64,000 bases of DNA from an uncultured Acidobacteriota bacterium (GTDB taxonomy: Bacteria; Acidobacteriota; Thermoanaerobaculia; Multivoradales; SZUA-115), in the NCBI GenBank assembly GCA_963805975.1, contig CAWDVR010000001.1, forward strand, positions 288,001 to 352,000. Direction: 5' to 3'. The position numbers were made by a program, and so were the translations under genes. Each line of letters opens with the position of its first letter. The stretch's first letter is position 1. Of this stretch, positions 57,643 through 64,000 are shown piece after piece. The notes under the pieces were generated by a model. That model saw only the letters and a program-made list of their open reading frames with translations, was not told where the DNA came from and made no database searches.

Positions 57643-58793
57643 ACCGGCAGCGGCGGCAGCTCGGCCTCGCGCTCGATCACCACCAGCGTCAGATCGTCGC
57701 GGATCGGGCTCTGCGAGGTGTGGCGGTCGAAGTCGGCCAGGATGCGGTCGTGGACCACCTGCGGCGAGCCCTCCTCGGCGGAGAGCGTGCGCAGGCGCTC
57801 GAAGCTGAAGGCACGGCCCTCGACGTCGATCGCTTCCGGCAGGCCGTCGCTGTAGAGCAGCAGCCGGTCGCCGGGCTCGAGCCGGGTCTCCTGCACTTGG
57901 GCCGGCAGCGGGTCCTGCAAGCCCAGCGGGAAGCTCCCGGTTCCAAGCTCCAGGAGGTCGCCGTTCGCTTTCCGCAGCAGCGGGAACGGGTGCCCGGCGC
58001 AGCAGTACACGAAGGCGCCGGTCGCCGGCTCCAGCAGGCCGTAGAACAGGCTCATGAAGGTGCGGCGGTCGCCGGTACGGCAGATGGTGCGGTTGAGCAT
58101 CGCCTGCACGCGGTCGCAGGCCGGGTCGACGTCGATCGCGGTGCGCAGCGTGGCGTGTGCGATCGCCATCACCAGGCCCGCGGCCATGCCGTGGCCCGAG
58201 GCGTCGCCCACCACCACCGCCAGCCGCCCGTCCGGCAGAGGCAGGAAATCGTAGTAGTCGCCGCCCACGGTGTTGGCGGTGCGGTAGGAATGCGCGAAGC
58301 GGTAGCCGGCGAGCTCGGGTGCGGCGCGCGGCAGGAGATCGGTCTGGAGCTGGCGCGCCACCTCGAGCTCGTCGCGCACCCGCACCTTGTCGACCATCTC
58401 GAGTGCCAGGAGCAGCAGCAGGGAGAAGCCGGCGAGCGCGCCCCAGAGCGGCGAGGCGTCGATCTCCACCTCCCAGCCCTTGGAGTCCACGTCGCCGGCC
58501 GAGAAGCTGAAGTCGAGGAGGTTGAAGAAGAGGAAGAGCAGCGCAGCGCCGAAGAGGACGCGCCGCGCCGGGGTGAGCTTGTAGGAGATGGAGAGGAAGA
58601 GCAGGCGCGCGCGGTGCAGGAACCGCTGGAAGCCCTCCTCCGGCTCGGGCTCCTCCTGGTCGCGGGTCAGCACCTCGTAGGCCTGCGGCGCCTCGCGGTC
58701 GAAGAGCCGCTTCAGCTCGTCGCCGGACAGCCCCTCGCCGTAGTGGCGCACGAGCTCGCGCAGGTTGGGGGCGGGTCGCTTGGGCGGGGCCAT
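57639..58793 (-). CDS. Membrane PP2C-family (SpoIIE/RsbU-like) serine phosphatase
   Basis: Two TM helices, ARQLQ..LLP, VGGDYYD, GDASGHG, AGHP, YSDG, DDLT. Confidence 0.92.
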   Translation of the reverse strand: MAPPKRPAPNLRELVRHYGEGLSGDELKRLFDREAPQAYEVLTRDQEEPEPEEGFQRFLHRARLLFLSISYKLTPARRVLFGAALLFLFFNLLDFSFSAGDVDSKGWEVEIDASPLWGALAGFSLLLLLALEMVDKVRVRDELEVARQLQTDLLPRAAPELAGYRFAHSYRTANTVGGDYYDFLPLPDGRLAVVVGDASGHGMAAGLVMAIAHATLRTAIDVDPACDRVQAMLNRTICRTGDRRTFMSLFYGLLEPATGAFVYCCAGHPFPLLRKANGDLLELGTGSFPLGLQDPLPAQVQETRLEPGDRLLLYSDGLPEAIDVEGRAFSFERLRTLSAEEGSPQVVHDRILADFDRHTSQSPIRDDLTLVVIEREAELPPLPV

Positions 58794-58843
58794 GGCTGCT
58801 GTGTCTACGCGGGTGGCCGGTCGCGGGTTGCGCGGCGACGCGC

Positions 58844-60661
58844 TCAGGCCGGCTCCAGGCGGAACCGCGGCGCCTCTGCCGGCGCGGCGTCTTCGCGGGC
58901 GGCGAGCCGGGCCTTCATTCGTTCGCTCACTGCGATCACCATGGGCACGGGCTGCCAGGTGAACGGCCGGCCCGTCTCGCCATCGACCACCCGCCCCTCC
59001 GCGATCGCCTGCGAGGCCGCCGGCAGCGACAGCCCGGCCAGCGCCTGCCGCAGGGCATGGAAGCGGGCACGGTCCGCGGCGTGGAGCAGCTCCACGAAGC
59101 GCTCCGACTGCGCTGCCACGTGGAAGTGGGCCGGCACGAAGGCGATGCCATCGAGGCCCAGGCGGTCGCAGGCCAGCACCATGAGCACGATCACCTCGCG
59201 CAGGAGCCCGAGGCCGGGATGCTTCTGCCCCGGCAGCGGCGGGCGGTCGGGCGGGAAGGCGGCGCGCGGGTTCTGGAGCAGCAGCCACTCGACCGCCAGG
59301 AGATCGCAGCCGGGGAGGAGGCGCGCGTCCCGCCGCACACGGAGCTCGACGAGCAGCTCCTCGTCGCCCTCGCTGCCGAAGATGCTCAGCGTGTCCCCGC
59401 CGGGGTTCTCGAGCTCGAGCTCGAGGCGCGGCCGGGCGAAGCCCAGGGCGCGCAGGCGGGCGAGGAAACCATAGCGCTCGAGCGCCAGCTCGAGGCCGTT
59501 CGCGGAGTAGAAGCCGAGGAAGCGCGACGGCTTGGCCGCGAAAGCGGTGCCGGGCATGAGGTCCGCCTCGGTGAGCCCGAAGCCATCGCCGGACGCGGGC
59601 TCGGCGGAGAGCTCCGAGGCCGCCACCAGCGACGCCAGGTAGCGGTAGCGCTGCAGCGTGATCTCGGTGGTCGAGGGCGGCTCGATCGTCCGCCCGCCGG
59701 AGGTGAGCCAGCCGAAGAAGCGGGCGCTGTAGCGCCAAGCCTCCGTGCCGTACCCCCCCGCCAGCAGGATCACCAGCGGCAGGTCGCCGAGGCGCGACCG
59801 CAGCCGGCTCATCACGAGCTGGTCGCGGGCGAGCATCCCCTCGGCCGAGATCCGCCAGTTGCCGAGCGTGTCCGTGGCCGCGGGATCGGCCCCCGCCAGG
59901 TAGTACACCAGGCCGGGCCGGAACGAGGCGATCACCGGCACCAAGTGCTCCTCGATCGCCGCGAGATAGCGCGCGTCCTCGACCCCGTCGCCCAGCGCCA
60001 GGCAGGTCGAGGCCACGGCGTCGGGAGCGTCGCCGCCGGGGCCCGATCCCCACGTCTGGTTGTGGATCGAGAAGGTATGGACCGTGGGATCGCGGGCGAA
60101 GATCGAGCGCGTGCCGTTGCCGTCGTGCAAGTCGAGGTCGATCACCAGGATGCGTTCGGCAAAGCCTGCTTCGCGCGCCTGCGCGATGGCCACCGCCACG
60201 TCGTTGAAGGCGCAGAAGCCCTCGCCGCGCTCGGCGTGCGCGTGGTGGAGGCCGCCGCCCAGGTTCACCACCGGCAGGCAGCCGGCGAGAGCCAGGCGGG
60301 TCGCCAGCACCGTGCCCCCGACCATGGCGCGCTGGAGGTGGAGATAGCGGTCCTCGTCCGCTTCCGAGGCCGCGAGGCCCAGGAGCGGGGTGAGCGCCCC
60401 CGGCACCACGAGCGAGTCGAGGTAGGCCGGCGAGTGGACGCGTTGCAGCGAGCGGATCGACGCCTCGTTCGGCCAGCGCAGGCGCCCGCTCTTGAGCAGG
60501 CCCTCCATGGCCAGGAAGGTGATGACGTTCTCGCCGCGGCGCGGGTCGGCGGGCAGGCCCGGCACCTCGAAGGTGTACTTGCCGCCGTACACGAAGTACA
60601 CCGGCTGTGGCTGGATGAGGGACGCCAGGCGCCGGAGCGCGCGGCGGAAGCGGCCGGGCAT
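58844..60661 (-). CDS. Zn-dependent histone deacetylase-family protein with an extra ~200-aa C-terminal domain
   Basis: GGGLHHA, GFCAFND, DLDLHDGNG, GAD, GGY intact; C-domain with VEWLLLQNP..LPGQKHPGLG. Confidence 0.9.
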   Translation of the reverse strand: MPGRFRRALRRLASLIQPQPVYFVYGGKYTFEVPGLPADPRRGENVITFLAMEGLLKSGRLRWPNEASIRSLQRVHSPAYLDSLVVPGALTPLLGLAASEADEDRYLHLQRAMVGGTVLATRLALAGCLPVVNLGGGLHHAHAERGEGFCAFNDVAVAIAQAREAGFAERILVIDLDLHDGNGTRSIFARDPTVHTFSIHNQTWGSGPGGDAPDAVASTCLALGDGVEDARYLAAIEEHLVPVIASFRPGLVYYLAGADPAATDTLGNWRISAEGMLARDQLVMSRLRSRLGDLPLVILLAGGYGTEAWRYSARFFGWLTSGGRTIEPPSTTEITLQRYRYLASLVAASELSAEPASGDGFGLTEADLMPGTAFAAKPSRFLGFYSANGLELALERYGFLARLRALGFARPRLELELENPGGDTLSIFGSEGDEELLVELRVRRDARLLPGCDLLAVEWLLLQNPRAAFPPDRPPLPGQKHPGLGLLREVIVLMVLACDRLGLDGIAFVPAHFHVAAQSERFVELLHAADRARFHALRQALAGLSLPAASQAIAEGRVVDGETGRPFTWQPVPMVIAVSERMKARLAAREDAAPAEAPRFRLEPA

Positions 60662-60684
60662 CGGGGGAGTCCTCGGCGGCGAGT

Positions 60685-61008
60685 CTATTCGTTCTCGGTG
60701 GGCGGGCCCGTGGAGTCTGGGCTCTTCAGCTCCACCAGCGTCGCACCCCAGCCGCCCGCCTCGCCCGGCGCATCGCCGAAAGCGGCCACCCGCGGGTCCC
60801 GCGCCAGCAGCGTGCGCACCGTCTGCCGCTGCACCCCGGCACCACGGCCGTGGATGATCCGCACCCGCCGGAACCCCCGCGCCCAAACCTCGTCCAGATA
60901 GTCCCGCACCAGGTCCGCCACCTCGCGCGGCTGGAAGCTGTGGAGGTCGAGCACGTCGGTGATCGGCAGCTCGACGGGCGGGAGGGAGTCTTCCTCTTCT
61001 TCGTTCAT
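60685..61008 (-). CDS. Stand-alone Smr/MutS2 C-terminal domain protein
   Basis: LDLHSF, IIHGRGAG, GGWGATLV. Confidence 0.92.
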   Translation of the reverse strand: MNEEEEDSLPPVELPITDVLDLHSFQPREVADLVRDYLDEVWARGFRRVRIIHGRGAGVQRQTVRTLLARDPRVAAFGDAPGEAGGWGATLVELKSPDSTGPPTENE

Positions 61009-61100
61009 CGGCGCTTTAGCTCGTCGAGCGCACGCGGGCGTGGCGGTTTCGCGAACAGCATGCGATGGATGTCCTCGGAGCTGTAGCGGGCGGCGTCAGG
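61005..61100 (-). pseudogene. Remnant of AbrB/MazE-type antitoxin C-terminus
   Basis: RYSSEDIHRMLFAKPPRPRALDELK resembles the C-terminal half of AbrB-family antitoxins usually paired with PIN toxins; DNA-binding N-half and toxin absent. Confidence 0.45.
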
Positions 61101-61220
61101 CCGAGGAGAGCAGCCGTGGATGACCTCGGCAGTCGGTAAAGCTGCCGCAGCCTCGGAGTGGAGTTGCACGAGGAGAGCGAGGGCTGCTGGAGCAGGGTGA
61201 CGTGCCAAGCCCCGCGTTCC

Positions 61221-64000
61221 CTACTTGAACAGCTTCAGAAACACGATGTACGCCACCAGCCCGTCGTCCGGGCCGGCCACGGGGGTGCCGACGTCTACCT
61301 GGATCAGGGTCTGCCAGGGGCCCAGGAACTGGCCGACGATGCCCACGCCGGCCAAGAGCTCGTTGTCCAGGCCGGAGGTCTCGTCGGTGGCCCAGGCGGC
61401 GTCGCCCACCGCTTCGAGGCGGAACATCTCGCCGACCTCGAAGCCGTAGGAGAGGTGCGCGGCGTACCCTTCCTCGGCGCGTACCCGGTCGCTCTGGTAG
61501 CCGTGCACGCGGGTGCCGCCGAAGAAGCCGAACTGGTACTTGCTGAAGCGGTCGAGATCTTCGCCGCCGAAGGCGTCCACCTCCGCCGAGGCCCGCTGGA
61601 ACTTGGGCAGGTACCAGCTCTTCGAAGCCTGCACCTGCCAGAGCAGGTAGTCCTCCTGCTCGGGGTCGAACTCGGTGTTGCCCGGCAGGCCCCAGGGCTC
61701 CCAGCTCTGGCGCTTGTGATAGCTCGCCTGGAGGCCGAGCTGGTAGCCGGAGCGCGAGAAGCGGGAGGAGAGCTGGAGGCTGTGGGTGAGCGCGTCCTCG
61801 GGCAGCACGAGCTCGGCGGCCGTGTCGTCGGCGCGCTTGTACTTCTCGAACGAGAGCTCGTACTCCAGCTCCGCTTTGAGGAAATGACCGATCGGGTGCC
61901 CGGCGATCAGCGACACGTTGCCCCGCGTGGACTCGATCTCCTCGCTCTTGGACTCTTCGTCACCGCGGAAGAGCGTGTTGGACGTGGGGAAGGCGAACAC
62001 GAAGGCGTCGCCGCCGACGTCGAACTTGCTGCCCAGGAAGCGCGGCTGCGCGTAGTCCAGGGTGAGGAGCGCGCCGCCGAAGAAGGCGTTCACCTGGCTG
62101 CCCGTGCCGCGGAAGTCGAACGAGAAGTAGTTGAGCCCGGCGAGCGGCAGCGGGTAGTCGAGCGAGTCGTCGTAGAACACGCCGCCCAGGGCGAAGAGCT
62201 TCGAGGTGTCGAAGCCCTCCTTCACCGTGCGCTCGGCGGCACCCTCCTCCTTCACCAGGTAGCGCATGCCGGCCGGCGTGTCGCGCACCATGGTGGCATC
62301 CGAGTCCAGCACCGCCTGGCGCTGGCTCTCGAAGTCCGGGCCGTTGACCAGCACGTTGGAGATCTCGATCTTCCGTTCGACCACGGTCGTGGTGTTGAGG
62401 ATCGAGAGGAGCTGCTGCGCGGTGGTCGAGAGCGGCAGGAAGTAGCTCTCGGCGGCCCAGGGTGCGGCCTGGCCGTCCGCGGTCAGCGGGCGGAACGAGA
62501 CCGTCTCCTCGTTCGACAGCACCTCGCCTTCGAGGCCGAGCTGCACGGCGCGGGTCTGCACGCGGGCGAAGATCTGTTTGTCCACCCACACCGCGCCGCG
62601 GAACAGCTTCTCGGCCTCGGCCTGCGCCTCGGCCACCGGCCGGAACTCCACCACCCAGCAGTCGCGGCCGTCGATCTGCTCGCTGCCGCGCAGGCGGTAG
62701 GAGTAGCGCTTGGAGAGCTCGATCGCGAGCGGCATGGCCGCCGCCTTCTCCGGCTGGATGAGCGGGATCTCGGGCAGCGTCTTGCCGCGCCAGCGCACGC
62801 CGTTCAGGAAGAGGTCCTGCCAGGCCCAGTCGTAGCCTTGAGCGCGGCGGAAGAAGAAATCGCCTTCCAGCGTGGCCTCGAACGTGGCGGCGGCGCCGGC
62901 CGAGGCCTGGAAGCGCAGGTGGGTGGTGTTGGTGGCGCGGTAGTGGTCGACCTTCCGCTCCTGGGCGTCGTCGAAGGCTTGCAGCCGGCGCAGGATCTCC
63001 TCGACCGGGATCTCGCGCTCGGTCGCCACCTCGATGCGCTCGGCGATCCCGGAGACCTCCGCCGCCGTGGCGCGCTCGATGCGCAGCAGGGTGACCGGGC
63101 CGGCGTTGGGCACGGTGAGCGCGAGGCCGCCCTGCGCCTCCCGAAAGCCGGAGAGCGGCGTCGCCTGGCCGGTCGCGAGATCCACGCGCGCAGGCCGGCG
63201 CAGATTGGGGTCGGTCCACCGGAGCTCGAGGTCCTGGGCGCCCGGCGGCCGGCGAATCAGCACGCGGAGCGCGAGATCGCTGCCGCGCACGAAGGCCCAG
63301 CCGGCGGGCACCCCCTGCGGCACGGAGTAGGGATCGAAGGAGAGGTCGCCCGCGAACTCGTTGGCCACCACCACCAGCGGCGCAACGGCCCGCGGATCGA
63401 GCACCGCGCCCGGCTGGATCTCCAGGTCGAGCACCGCCACCGCGCCGCCGAGGCGACCGATGTCCGCCGCCCATGACATGGCCTCGGCCGGAGGGTTGGG
63501 GAAGGCGATGCCTTCGACCACCACCGGCCGGCCGGGGTCGAGCTCGGTGAGCCGCGCGAGCGCCGCCGTCAGCTCGGCCTCCGGCGCCACGGCGAGGGTC
63601 ACGCCGTCGACGTAGGCCGCGACCTCCTGGCCGTAGAAGGCGGTGAGGCCGGCGCTGTCCGTGGGCTGGAAGGCCTGGGTGAGGACCCGCGCGTCCGCCG
63701 CCGCGCCGGTGAGCGCCACCGCGGCGCGCTTGAAGAGGAAGGCATAGTCGTCCGCCGTGGCGCCGCCCTCGGGGGCCGCGGAAGGCGTCCACAGGATCTG
63801 GTAGTGACGGCTCGGGTTGCCGCGGGCGAGGGCGGTCGCGGCGCGGAGCTCGGCCTCGAGCGCGTCCAGGTGCTGGACGATCGGCGCCGGAGCGTGGAAG
63901 CCGAGCTTGATCCAAGGTTCGGCGCCCACCGCCTTCAGGGCCTCGGCCGAGGCACTGGCAGCCACCGGATCGCCGGAGGAGAGGTCGAAGTCCCACACCA
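61221..64000 (-). CDS. Large exported protein: N-terminal alpha/beta domain, LolA/MucB-like middle domain, C-terminal beta-barrel-like region (5' end outside window)
   Basis: Open to the window edge; YSYRLRGSEQIDGRDCWVVEF...GAVWVD (LolA/RseB-like); amphipathic beta strands ending ..VFLKLFK. Confidence 0.65.
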   Translation of the reverse strand, partial: VWDFDLSSGDPVAASASAEALKAVGAEPWIKLGFHAPAPIVQHLDALEAELRAATALARGNPSRHYQILWTPSAAPEGGATADDYAFLFKRAAVALTGAAADARVLTQAFQPTDSAGLTAFYGQEVAAYVDGVTLAVAPEAELTAALARLTELDPGRPVVVEGIAFPNPPAEAMSWAADIGRLGGAVAVLDLEIQPGAVLDPRAVAPLVVVANEFAGDLSFDPYSVPQGVPAGWAFVRGSDLALRVLIRRPPGAQDLELRWTDPNLRRPARVDLATGQATPLSGFREAQGGLALTVPNAGPVTLLRIERATAAEVSGIAERIEVATEREIPVEEILRRLQAFDDAQERKVDHYRATNTTHLRFQASAGAAATFEATLEGDFFFRRAQGYDWAWQDLFLNGVRWRGKTLPEIPLIQPEKAAAMPLAIELSKRYSYRLRGSEQIDGRDCWVVEFRPVAEAQAEAEKLFRGAVWVDKQIFARVQTRAVQLGLEGEVLSNEETVSFRPLTADGQAAPWAAESYFLPLSTTAQQLLSILNTTTVVERKIEISNVLVNGPDFESQRQAVLDSDATMVRDTPAGMRYLVKEEGAAERTVKEGFDTSKLFALGGVFYDDSLDYPLPLAGLNYFSFDFRGTGSQVNAFFGGALLTLDYAQPRFLGSKFDVGGDAFVFAFPTSNTLFRGDEESKSEEIESTRGNVSLIAGHPIGHFLKAELEYELSFEKYKRADDTAAELVLPEDALTHSLQLSSRFSRSGYQLGLQASYHKRQSWEPWGLPGNTEFDPEQEDYLLWQVQASKSWYLPKFQRASAEVDAFGGEDLDRFSKYQFGFFGGTRVHGYQSDRVRAEEGYAAHLSYGFEVGEMFRLEAVGDAAWATDETSGLDNELLAGVGIVGQFLGPWQTLIQVDVGTPVAGPDDGLVAYIVFLKLFK

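Noticed and set aside
1-64000. tRNA, rRNA, CRISPR arrays, IS elements
   Set aside because: None recognised by eye; tRNAscan-SE, cmscan and ISEScan would be needed to exclude them formally.

Overview
Very GC-rich bacterial chromosomal DNA. The gene content (ECF sigma + Ser/Thr-kinase-TPR pair, several CRTAC1/UnbV proteins, secreted S8 proteases, REP-like palindromes) suggests an Acidobacteriota (Thermoanaerobaculia-like) or similar genome; this is inference. In order: a partial class D beta-lactamase-like gene and a surface-glycosylation cluster (0-9.4 kb) interrupted by a direct-repeat-flanked cysteine-synthase-like gene; three secreted subtilases (one internally deleted) around an ECF/STK pair, a RocB-like peptidase and a GAF-GAF-GGDEF cyclase (9.6-27 kb); a lipoprotein-Hsp70-HEAT-HEAT operon (27-32.6 kb); a frameshifted KaiC-like ATPase plus hybrid kinase; a sigma54 two-component system with CRTAC1/TPR proteins and two tandem secreted fibre-like proteins (35.8-48.9 kb); a DEAD-box helicase, a Dnmt2-type methyltransferase, SEC-C and M48 genes; an orphan Zn-dependent deaminase with an N-terminal repeat leader, which is the best novelty candidate; a FadI-type thiolase; and PP2C, HDAC-fusion, Smr and large outer-membrane protein genes. 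I saw no tRNA, rRNA, CRISPR array, integrase or transposase. Frameshifts cluster at 32.8-34.0 kb and 42.6-43.4 kb and may be sequencing errors. All product calls come from motif recognition by eye, with no database searches.
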